A DNA stretch of 24,040 nucleotides from a virus (Duplodnaviria > Caudoviricetes). Numbering within the stretch: position 1 is the first letter of the stretch; every line of letters begins with the position of its first letter. The notes below the pieces were generated by a model. That model made no database searches. It had not been told where the DNA came from and saw only the letters and a program-made list of their open reading frames with translations. Made by a program: the position numbers and the translations under genes. The stretch lies in the IMG/VR virus record IMGVR_UViG_3300020403_000087, positions 1 through 24,040 of that record. The stretch is one strand, 5' to 3'. Shown here in pieces: positions 16,379 through 24,040 of the stretch.

Positions 16379-17768
16379 AGAATACACAGCAGATTTACAA
16401 AAACTATTTTTGGAAATGATGATGAATGATGCACAAAATTATGTGCGTGTTCAGAACATTTACAATACAGAAAACTTTGATCGCAGTTTGAAGGACACTG
16501 CAGAGTTTATTAAGAAACACAGTGACGAACATGGCGCACTGCCTACATATGAACAAATACAGGCAGTAACAGGTATTGAACTAAAACCTGTGCCGGACAT
16601 TACAGACAGTCACAATGATTGGTTCCTGGAGGAGTTTGAAGGATTTACAAAACGTCAGGAACTGGAACGTGCTATTCTCAAGGCGGCAGACTTGCTGGAG
16701 AAAGGCACATATGATCCTGTTGAAAAACTAATTAAGGATGCTGTACAGATTAGTTTAACAAAAGATATGGGAACAGACTATTTTGAAGATCCCAGAGCAA
16801 GATTAATGGCACTAAAAGACAACAACGGACAAATTAGCACAGGCTGGCCCGCTGTTGATCGCAAACTGTTCGGTGGTATGAACAAAGGTGAACTTAATAT
16901 TTTTGCAGGTGGATCAGGGTCAGGTAAAAGTTTGTTCATGCAGAACTTGGCAGTTAACTGGGTAACAACAGGATTGAATGGTGTATACTTGAGTTTGGAA
17001 CTTAGTGAAGGACTCAGTGCTATGCGCATTGATAGTATGATGACAAATGTGTCCACTAAGGAGGTGTTCAAAGACTTAGACACAGTGGAAATGAAAGTTA
17101 AAATGGCTGGCAAAAAAGCAGGTAACCTGCAGATTAAATATATGCCAGCACAGAGTAACGTAAATGATATCCGTGCATACTTAAAAGAACTGCAGATTAA
17201 AAATGGTTGGCAGATTGACTTCCTACTTATTGACTACTTGGATTTGATTATGCCAGTTAGTGCAAAAGTTTCGCCCAATGATTTGTTTGTTAAGGACAAG
17301 TATGTAAGTGAAGAACTTCGCAATCTAGCAAAAGAATTAAATTGTGTGTTTGTTACAGCATCGCAGTTGAACAGAGGCGCAGTTGAAGAAATAGAGTTTG
17401 ATCATTCGCACATTGCTGGTGGACTAAGTAAAATTAATACTGCTGATAATGTGTTCGGTATCTTTACAAGTCGTGCAATGCGTGAGCGTGGACGCTATCA
17501 GTTACAACTTATGAAAACACGTTCAAGTAGCGGAGTAGGGCAAAAGATAGATCTGGAGTTCGATGTTGAAAGTCTGCGTATCCGAGACTTGGGCGAGGAT
17601 GACGAGTATCAACAGTTTAAGAAACAAAGTTCAAGTATCTATGAACAACTTAAAAACAAGGATGGTGCTGGTGTAGTATCTGCACCTGATGAAGAAGCAG
17701 GTAAAATTACTGCAAGTGTACAGAGCAGTAAACTTAAAGACATGTTAGCAGGGCTTAAGAGTGAATAA
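16371..17768 (+). CDS. Replicative helicase (DnaB/gp41-like)
   Basis: GGSGSGKS, LSLEL, IDYLDL, TASQLNR, KTR motifs; TTG start behind AAGGA. Confidence 0.93.
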   Translation: MAKEYTADLQKLFLEMMMNDAQNYVRVQNIYNTENFDRSLKDTAEFIKKHSDEHGALPTYEQIQAVTGIELKPVPDITDSHNDWFLEEFEGFTKRQELERAILKAADLLEKGTYDPVEKLIKDAVQISLTKDMGTDYFEDPRARLMALKDNNGQISTGWPAVDRKLFGGMNKGELNIFAGGSGSGKSLFMQNLAVNWVTTGLNGVYLSLELSEGLSAMRIDSMMTNVSTKEVFKDLDTVEMKVKMAGKKAGNLQIKYMPAQSNVNDIRAYLKELQIKNGWQIDFLLIDYLDLIMPVSAKVSPNDLFVKDKYVSEELRNLAKELNCVFVTASQLNRGAVEEIEFDHSHIAGGLSKINTADNVFGIFTSRAMRERGRYQLQLMKTRSSSGVGQKIDLEFDVESLRIRDLGEDDEYQQFKKQSSSIYEQLKNKDGAGVVSAPDEEAGKITASVQSSKLKDMLAGLKSE

Positions 17769-17770
17769 TT

Positions 17771-19099
17771 ATGCGGGTTGTTGTTACTACTGTGCCACTA
17801 GTAGACGATAGTAGTCCTCTTGCAACCCCTGCATATATTAAGAGTCTCCTGATAGAAAACAATATAGAATGTATAGGATTAGATCTAAATATTGAAATCC
17901 TAAACATTGTCAAAAATCATCCTTTGAGTCAAGAATTAAAAGACTTTTTTTATGGAGAAAAACAGCATAGTAGCGTTGCACCCGTTATAACTAACATGTT
18001 ATATCATTATGTGCAGAGAATAATGCAATACAATCCTACACACGTTTTGCTTTCACTTTTTACAATTGACAGCCAGCAGTTTTGTAAATGGCTATCTGCT
18101 CTTTTTAAAAATCTTTATCCAGATATTGAGATAGTAATAGGAGGTCCTGGTCTTGAAACACTAGGAGCTCATAATTATAACTTCCCTGAGCGTCTTAAAG
18201 AGTTGGGTTATATTGATCATTATTTTGTTGGAGATGCTAATGATAGTTTTGTAAACTATTTTGTCAAAGGTGAAACAATTGGATTTGATGATGCTTTTTT
18301 CAAACAAACTTCTCAAATACAACATTGGTTAACGCCAAACTTTGATGATTATAATTTTATGCTATATGATCCTGTGATGCTACCTATTGTTGATAGTAGG
18401 GGATGTGTGCAAAATTGTGAATTTTGTGACGTAGTAGCATTTTGGAATAAGTTTCAAAATCTAACTGCAGATCAAATTTTCGAACAAATGCTACTATTAA
18501 GTCAGCGGTACAACATTTTTAGATTCCAGTTAGCCAGTAGTATATGCAATGGTAACTTGAAAGAATTTAGAAAACTTATGCAGTTGATGGCTGAGTACAA
18601 TGAAAGTGTTGATTACGTAGATCAAGAGTTTCACTGGCATGGTAGTTTTATTATTAGAAAACGTGATAGACACAGCGAAGAACTTTGGAAAAACATAAAA
18701 CGCAGTAATGGTTTTTTATACTGTGGAGTAGAAAGTATAAGCAGTGAAGCAAGGATTAAGTTGGGAAAAAACTTTAACAATGATGATCTTGCTAGTCATT
18801 TGGAACTGGGAAGAAAATACAACGTACCTATGAACTTGTTAGTGATTGCTAGTTATCATACTGAAACACAGGAAGATCATGAGTATGCACTACAATGGTT
18901 TGATGATAACAAACACTATGTAAATAATCCAGTGCAACAAGTACAACTCACACAAATTACTATTCTTGAAGGAACAAAGTTACAAGCAAATGTTGACTTG
19001 GAACGTTTTAATAGTGAACGAAAAATGCGACAACAGCATGCTATTAGACTCAAACAGAAGGCACAAGAATGCGGATTCACAGTACGAGCTTTCTATTAG
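17771..19099 (+). CDS. Cobalamin-binding radical SAM protein (442 aa)
   Basis: SRGCVQNCEFC (CxxxCxxC), IVIGGP in the B12-binding domain, GVES. Confidence 0.88.
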   Translation: MRVVVTTVPLVDDSSPLATPAYIKSLLIENNIECIGLDLNIEILNIVKNHPLSQELKDFFYGEKQHSSVAPVITNMLYHYVQRIMQYNPTHVLLSLFTIDSQQFCKWLSALFKNLYPDIEIVIGGPGLETLGAHNYNFPERLKELGYIDHYFVGDANDSFVNYFVKGETIGFDDAFFKQTSQIQHWLTPNFDDYNFMLYDPVMLPIVDSRGCVQNCEFCDVVAFWNKFQNLTADQIFEQMLLLSQRYNIFRFQLASSICNGNLKEFRKLMQLMAEYNESVDYVDQEFHWHGSFIIRKRDRHSEELWKNIKRSNGFLYCGVESISSEARIKLGKNFNNDDLASHLELGRKYNVPMNLLVIASYHTETQEDHEYALQWFDDNKHYVNNPVQQVQLTQITILEGTKLQANVDLERFNSERKMRQQHAIRLKQKAQECGFTVRAFY

Positions 19100-19401
19100 A
19101 AATAGCAATTGTTTATAAAAGTGGCAGAGAACAAGTAGTAGAACATACGGGTAACATGCCAGAACGAGTAGTCATTCCTATGCAATTTAATCAGGATGAT
19201 CCTGCTACACTTAAAAGTGTCAAGTTAAATGGCATTTACATTAATGATGATAAACTATCCAATGTTGTCAAATTTCAACTTAGTAACAGGCAATGGCCTG
19301 AACCGGATTTTAATTTTAACAAACCTGGAGATATTATATTGGATTTTTTTGCTACTGATCCAATATTATATTTGCTTACAATAGAAAACACTATTAGTTA
19401 A
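19069..19401 (+). CDS. Hypothetical protein (110 aa)
   Basis: Overlaps the radical SAM 3' end; its stop overlaps the convergent dnaE stop. Confidence 0.6.
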   Translation: MRIHSTSFLLEIAIVYKSGREQVVEHTGNMPERVVIPMQFNQDDPATLKSVKLNGIYINDDKLSNVVKFQLSNRQWPEPDFNFNKPGDIILDFFATDPILYLLTIENTIS

Positions 19402-21091
19402 GATAACGATCTAACCTGTGCCCTTGTGCATCCCAGCAGTCAATGTATGCACTGCCGTTGTTATAACGCACACGTCCTGATCCCACAACTACATCATGAT
19501 CTCTATAACTAAATGGACGTTTGATAGTTACGTCTACATATTCACCGTTGTTAACACCCAGTGTCACAAACGTAATATACTTGCCCTCTGCTCCACGAAA
19601 CACTCTGCCATTGGCAACTAATCCAGCAAAGTTTACTCTGTCGCCCCAGGTTTCCTGCACAAACATATTGGGCATGAACTCAGGTTGTGTCCAGTAACCA
19701 TAGCGTTTATATTGTTGCTGTGGTGTTTCTGTTATGCCATTGGGGAATCCTAGTTCACGTAGATCCCAGCCTGCAAGTTTTGCTTCTGTTTTGTGTACCC
19801 AGCGACGCCAACTACCTTGACAGTGTTTGAGAGCGGCGGCCCAAAACGCCTTTGGGTTGTGGGCTTTTTGATACGCTAATGCCCAAATCAGCCTTCCAAG
19901 ATTTACAGCGTGTGCCCTGCACAACCCAAAGTTGCCCAAACCATAAAGTTCATTTATGATCTGTTCCTTGTTCTCACTCTCTCCCATCTTCTCCATGAAT
20001 TCCATTACACGTTCTTCGTCACGTTTTGCAAACGCACGACGATACATGTCTGCTTCATACATATCACAGTCAATTAGTTTTGCTATTTTACGGATAGCAT
20101 CATCTTCATACACAATAGTATCTTCCAGTCGCTGTTCTGTCCAGTCCTGAAAGAATGCGGCTTTCTGTCTGCCCGTTGTTGCAACAGGGCGTATAAGTGC
20201 AGTAGCAAATACACAGTCTGCTTTGCTCTTAGGTTGTATAGCACGAAATAGTCTGCGCATTGCTGGCGACTCTGCTTGTGTTACACCAATAACGTTACCA
20301 CTGCATAGTAACTGTTCTGTTTCATAATCTGTTTCCGGATATGCTTCTAATGGAGTTTCCGGATCTATCTCCAGTAGTTGACTAAGTCCTCTGTTAGCGA
20401 GGATATCTATTTTTAAATGTTCTAAATCTTCAACTTCATTCTTGTCCAGTAGTATTTGATTTTCAGCGTTGATTAAACTTTTTGGTACCTTATGATTGAA
20501 TACGAGTATCCCTCCACAGTGTTTTGATATTGCCTTTTTCTTGCCTATAAGTTTTTTCTCGATTCGCATTGCCTCTTCCTTGTCTATATCTAAGTCTTCA
20601 TATTTGAAATTGCGAGGGAGTTTACCAGATGCGCCAAGACGTCGTGCCGCTTCTCTGCGAGCACCGCGCTCCTTATAGGTAACATAGTTGCTGATTCTAG
20701 CACTTTGGCCAGGCCATTTATCGAATATGCGTTGCATAACAGCGGTTTGTTGCCAATGCGGAAAATCTATATCCACATCTGGTAAATCATCTCTCAAAGG
20801 ATTTAGGAAACGTGCCACCGGTATTTGCCATCTTATGGGATCCACATCTGTTATACCCAGTAGGTAACAGACGAGACTAGACCCTGCTGAACCACGAGTC
20901 ATATGAGGAATGTCGTCGGTTAGCGCCAGTACATCGCAAATTGTGAGGAAGTAGTCGACAAAGCGAAGTTTGAGAATGATCTCCAGTTCTTCGATAAGCC
21001 TGTTATGATACTCAGGGGAGTCCGGAATATGCCTTATGAATCTGCCAAGTAATCGTTCTAATTGAGCCTTCGCGTCCTTAGGTACTTTCAT
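19394..21091 (-). CDS. dnaE: C-family DNA polymerase (DnaE-like) lacking the PHP domain (565 aa)
   Basis: RGSAGSSLVCYLLGITDVDP, PDVDIDF, KHCGG, LKIDIL, ALIRP, CRAHA, C-terminal OB-like FVTL; GAGG SD favours ATG 21091 over 21148. Confidence 0.9.
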   Translation of the reverse strand: MKVPKDAKAQLERLLGRFIRHIPDSPEYHNRLIEELEIILKLRFVDYFLTICDVLALTDDIPHMTRGSAGSSLVCYLLGITDVDPIRWQIPVARFLNPLRDDLPDVDIDFPHWQQTAVMQRIFDKWPGQSARISNYVTYKERGARREAARRLGASGKLPRNFKYEDLDIDKEEAMRIEKKLIGKKKAISKHCGGILVFNHKVPKSLINAENQILLDKNEVEDLEHLKIDILANRGLSQLLEIDPETPLEAYPETDYETEQLLCSGNVIGVTQAESPAMRRLFRAIQPKSKADCVFATALIRPVATTGRQKAAFFQDWTEQRLEDTIVYEDDAIRKIAKLIDCDMYEADMYRRAFAKRDEERVMEFMEKMGESENKEQIINELYGLGNFGLCRAHAVNLGRLIWALAYQKAHNPKAFWAAALKHCQGSWRRWVHKTEAKLAGWDLRELGFPNGITETPQQQYKRYGYWTQPEFMPNMFVQETWGDRVNFAGLVANGRVFRGAEGKYITFVTLGVNNGEYVDVTIKRPFSYRDHDVVVGSGRVRYNNGSAYIDCWDAQGHRLDRYLN

Positions 21092-21094
21092 GTG

Positions 21095-21168
21095 TGCCTC
21101 TTGTTGCCTAAATTCTTTTATTTGTGCCAAGTGTGACATTTCTGTCACACTTTATTTAGTAAGAGGCA
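21095..21168 (-). promoter_or_regulatory. dnaE leader: TAAATA late motif, 5' GNRA hairpin and anti-SD arm
   Basis: TAAATA at 21153-21158 (-); 10-bp stem 21129-21138/21143-21152 with GAAA loop on the minus strand; inverted repeat 21095-21102/21161-21168. Confidence 0.65.
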
Positions 21169-21178
21169 ATTAGGTTTG

Positions 21179-21910
21179 TTAATTTTTGGCTATTTTTTTC
21201 TCATATGCATCCATGCTGTGATCTCTAGCACCATCAAATAGTTCTAGTTTACTCCAAGCACGAAAGCGTCCACGCCAACTATCTTTGAATTTCTGCCAGG
21301 GTGTAAGTTTGCGTATGTTGCCATAGTAATTAATGTATACCAGTTCACCATAATGGCGAAAACCCATTATCCAGAAAGGAACACGAGGCACAACATCATT
21401 ATTGTTTACGTGTCTGTAGTGGTTAAATGTGCAATTACTGTGCCATACTTTACCTCCCACACGTGGTGATCCGTATGTATAACATGCGACAATACGATCC
21501 TGTAGTCGACTACTCGCTAGTGTTGCCATAGCGCCTCCAAGACTGTGTCCGCAAATATATAATTCTTTTTTCTTACGTGCAGGTGTGCTTACATATGCTG
21601 ATACTTGCTCCCAAATGCGTTCCAAATATTGGTAAAAACCATAATGCACCATGCCTTCAGTTTCACTTTCATGTTTCCATGCTTTCAAATCTGCTTTTAT
21701 ATCTGAAAATTCTTTAGGCTCTGTACCTCTAAAGCAAAGTACAACACGTTCGCTATTTTCTACAATTAGGCATTCTGCACCATCATTATCGACAAGTATG
21801 CTCTTTGTGTACCCTAATTCATGTACTGCAGGCTTACTTTCTTCCTGTGTTAGATAGGCTATCTTAGCCAAGGTTGCAAAATGCAACCCGGGTTTTTCTA
21901 TGGTTGACAT
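21179..21910 (-). CDS. Class 3 lipase (alpha/beta hydrolase, 243 aa)
   Basis: FRGT, VHYGF, GHSLGG nucleophile elbow, YGSPRVG, NDVVPRVP, DHSM; GGAGG RBS. Confidence 0.92.
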   Translation of the reverse strand: MSTIEKPGLHFATLAKIAYLTQEESKPAVHELGYTKSILVDNDGAECLIVENSERVVLCFRGTEPKEFSDIKADLKAWKHESETEGMVHYGFYQYLERIWEQVSAYVSTPARKKKELYICGHSLGGAMATLASSRLQDRIVACYTYGSPRVGGKVWHSNCTFNHYRHVNNNDVVPRVPFWIMGFRHYGELVYINYYGNIRKLTPWQKFKDSWRGRFRAWSKLELFDGARDHSMDAYEKKIAKN

Positions 21911-21934
21911 TGTATCTCCTCCAAGTTACAATAC

Positions 21935-21951
21935 TATTTAACCGATAAATA
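21935..21951. promoter_or_regulatory. Back-to-back late promoter motifs
   Basis: TATTTA-ACCGA-TAAATA between the divergent genes starting at 21910 (-) and 21974 (+). Confidence 0.7.
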
Positions 21952-21973
21952 CTAAAAACGATAGGATAACACT

Positions 21974-22237
21974 GTGAAAAAACAAACTAGGAGCATACTG
22001 CACGAACTAAACAGCATGATTGTCGAGCGTGACCGTCAACATGTTATGGAAAGTCGTGCTACTAATGTTATTGAAAGTGCTATAAATCTTATCAATGAAA
22101 TGCACAAACACTACGATGCAGATGTTGCTGGTGATCTAGAACGCAGATTAATTAACAGCATACGCAGTCAGGATACACGTAAGTTTGTAAGAGGTATTAG
22201 ACGGGTCAACGAAAGCAAATGCGCTTCAGAGAAATAA
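21974..22237 (+). CDS. Hypothetical late protein (87 aa)
   Basis: AGGA RBS, GTG start, late motif upstream. Confidence 0.8.
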   Translation: MKKQTRSILHELNSMIVERDRQHVMESRATNVIESAINLINEMHKHYDADVAGDLERRLINSIRSQDTRKFVRGIRRVNESKCASEK

Positions 22238-23454
22238 TTGCTGAGTCTCAGGACGGCAAAAACACACACTTGGAACACATTGAAGATCTAGTCTTTCTTC
22301 AAGGCAAGCAGGGTGCGCAGGACGCACTGCAGTATATAAACAGTGTGCGTGACATGCTAGAGAATGGCGGTGACAGCGGCAATCTTACAGTAAAGTGGGA
22401 CGGTGCTCCTGCTATCTTTACAGGTGTTGATCCTGAGGACGGCAAGTTTTTTGTTGCAAAGAAGAGTATTTTTAACAAAGCCAAAGACGGAACCTATACT
22501 GGCAAAGTATACAAGACACCTGCAGAAATAGATGCTGATACTAGTGGTGATCTAAACCGTAAAATGCGTATTGCATTTGCTGAACTAAGCAAGTTGGGTA
22601 TTAAAAATGTAATACAGGGTGATCTAATGTACACAGCAGAAGATCTACAGACTGAAGAAATAGACGGCGAACAGTGCTACACATTTGGACCCAACACAAT
22701 TACATATGCAGTGCCAGTTGACAGCAAACTGGGCAAGCGCATTGGCGCAAGTAAGATGGGCATAATATTCCATACTACATATGAAGGTGATAGTATTCCA
22801 AACATGCAAGCAAGTTTTGGTGCAGACGTAAGTGCGCTAAACAAGTCCAGCGCGGTATGGTTTGACGATGCAACTTATAAGGATTTAAGTGGTAAAGCAA
22901 GTCTAAGTCAGAGCGAAAACAAACAAATTTTGACAGCAATGAACACAGCGGCACAAGCACTACGCACTGCAGACTTTACAGCAGTAAGCGGAGATTACAA
23001 GCAGTTGTTCATGCAGTATGTAAATGCACGTATCAAACGTGGCGATACACAGGTTGCAGATGGTGCAGAGTTTGCTAGGGACTTTGCAGACTGGTACAAT
23101 CAGTATATACAAAAAGAGATTGCAAAACTACGCAATCAGGATCCACAAGCACCTGCAGTCAAAAGTCGCACAGACAAAATACAGGCACAGAATAAGTTTG
23201 TTGAGGATAACATTGAAGGTATAGCAGGTGCTCTTGCAGTGTACAAAGACATTATTGCACTAAAGAATATGCTAATAAATAAGTTGAACAAGGTAGACAG
23301 CATAAAGAGCCTAGTGCGCACTGATACAGGATATAGTGTTACAAATCCCGAAGGGTTTGTTGCTATTGGTACTGGCGGGGGCGCAGTTAAATTAGTTGAC
23401 CGCATGGAGTTTTCAAAACAAAACTTTGATGCAGTAAAGAACTGGAGCAAGTAA
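22219..23454 (+). CDS. ATP-dependent ligase-like nucleotidyltransferase (DUF6267-like, 411 aa)
   Basis: HLEHIEDL, motif I VKWDG, QGDL, PEGFV, VKLVDR. Confidence 0.7.
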   Translation: MRFREIIAESQDGKNTHLEHIEDLVFLQGKQGAQDALQYINSVRDMLENGGDSGNLTVKWDGAPAIFTGVDPEDGKFFVAKKSIFNKAKDGTYTGKVYKTPAEIDADTSGDLNRKMRIAFAELSKLGIKNVIQGDLMYTAEDLQTEEIDGEQCYTFGPNTITYAVPVDSKLGKRIGASKMGIIFHTTYEGDSIPNMQASFGADVSALNKSSAVWFDDATYKDLSGKASLSQSENKQILTAMNTAAQALRTADFTAVSGDYKQLFMQYVNARIKRGDTQVADGAEFARDFADWYNQYIQKEIAKLRNQDPQAPAVKSRTDKIQAQNKFVEDNIEGIAGALAVYKDIIALKNMLINKLNKVDSIKSLVRTDTGYSVTNPEGFVAIGTGGGAVKLVDRMEFSKQNFDAVKNWSK

Positions 23455-23918
23455 TGAGAGCCAGAGAGTTTATATCAGAAGAAAGATTGGACGAAATAGG
23501 TCCAGCGGCTCTTGCTCTTTGGGGTGTTGCAATTGCTGGTGCTGGTGTAACTCAACTGAATTTTGTTGGAACTGGTAATACATTTGTATATAATTCTTCA
23601 ACAAAAACTGTAGATATTAGTATCGAAGGTGGTAGAGGTGGCGTTGCAGGTATTGCTACTGCTGTTGACTCTGTTGATAATGAAACAATACTTGTTGGTA
23701 TTGGAACTACCGTAGCAGTTGGATCAGCACACTCAGAAGGTGTTCTTCAAGTAGATGGTAACGTTGCTATTGTAGAAGGAGCACTATTAACTGATCAGAA
23801 TATTGATATTCAAGTCAATGTCCCTACTGGGAAGAATGCACTTTTAATTGGTCCAGTAACTGTTGGTAATCTTGGAACAATTGATGTTGCTCTTGGTTCT
23901 GTTCTGGTCGTAGTCTAA
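23454..23918 (+). CDS. Putative virion or tail-fibre-like protein, possibly chimeric (154 aa)
   Basis: MRAREFISE N-terminus followed by G/T/V-rich fibre-like sequence (VGIGTT, LIGPVTV). Confidence 0.55.
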   Translation: MRAREFISEERLDEIGPAALALWGVAIAGAGVTQLNFVGTGNTFVYNSSTKTVDISIEGGRGGVAGIATAVDSVDNETILVGIGTTVAVGSAHSEGVLQVDGNVAIVEGALLTDQNIDIQVNVPTGKNALLIGPVTVGNLGTIDVALGSVLVVV

Positions 23919-23921
23919 ATA
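23916..23921 (+). promoter_or_regulatory. Late promoter motif TAAATA
   Basis: TAAATACTAAAAA is identical to the 13-mer starting at 21946. Confidence 0.65.
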
Positions 23922-23943
23922 CTAAAAAGGATTATATAAAGGA

Positions 23944-24040
23944 ATGAGCACTCTCCGCGTTAGTAATATTGAGGCGAAGGCTGACGTATCAAGTCCCTCA
24001 ATACACGAAAAAATAAAAGTTACTAACTCTGAAGGAGATG
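23944..24040 (+). CDS. Partial late or virion gene (MSTLRVSNIEAKAD...)
   Basis: ATG 23944 after the late motif; open to the window end; MSTLRV-type start recalled from T4-like fibre proteins. Confidence 0.65.
   Translation, partial: MSTLRVSNIEAKADVSSPSIHEKIKVTNSEGD

Noticed and set aside
5360-17891. TAAATA hexamers inside coding regions (e.g. near 5360, 8785, 12741, 17886)
   Set aside because: Expected by chance in AT-rich DNA and not positioned before gene starts.
21092-21148. N-terminal extension of dnaE given in the ORF track
   Set aside because: It overlaps the leader hairpin; an SD precedes ATG 21091 instead.
21905-21910. TTGACA preceded by GG, resembling the early promoters
   Set aside because: It is the reverse complement of the lipase start codons and lacks the TGn -10 at the 16-bp spacing.
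1-24040. Stop-codon recoding, introns, inteins, tRNAs, integrase or transposase
   Set aside because: Core genes are uninterrupted in the standard code, all three stops are used, and no cloverleaf, splicing or recombinase motifs were seen.

Overview
A 24-kb segment of a large, AT-rich T4-like or jumbo-type dsDNA phage, read in the standard genetic code. Left part (1-5942): a dense cluster of short early genes driven by four near-identical sigma70-type promoters (TTGACA-16 bp-TGn-TAWTRT), most with an AGTAAGTT...GAGGAGAGA-type leader, then a GT-like gene, a stand-alone ligase-Ia-like domain, a DEDDh exonuclease and an AAA+ ATPase. Middle: a replication and accessory block with UvsW-like helicase, ClpP, gp62-like clamp-loader subunit, zinc-finger protein, a 188-aa mini-DnaE, primase, DnaB/gp41 helicase, SGNH- and GT-like genes and a B12 radical SAM. 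Right part: genes behind TAAATA late-promoter motifs (a PHP-less DnaE, class-3 lipase, KxDG ligase-like protein, virion-like proteins). The most striking unexplained element is the 5943-6258 intergenic region. It folds into four hairpins ending in a GNRA terminator, and its CU-rich loops are exact complements of the phage's own extended Shine-Dalgarno leaders, while several replication genes appear leaderless. This suggests an anti-SD small-RNA translational switch. All family calls come from motif recognition by eye; no database searches were run.
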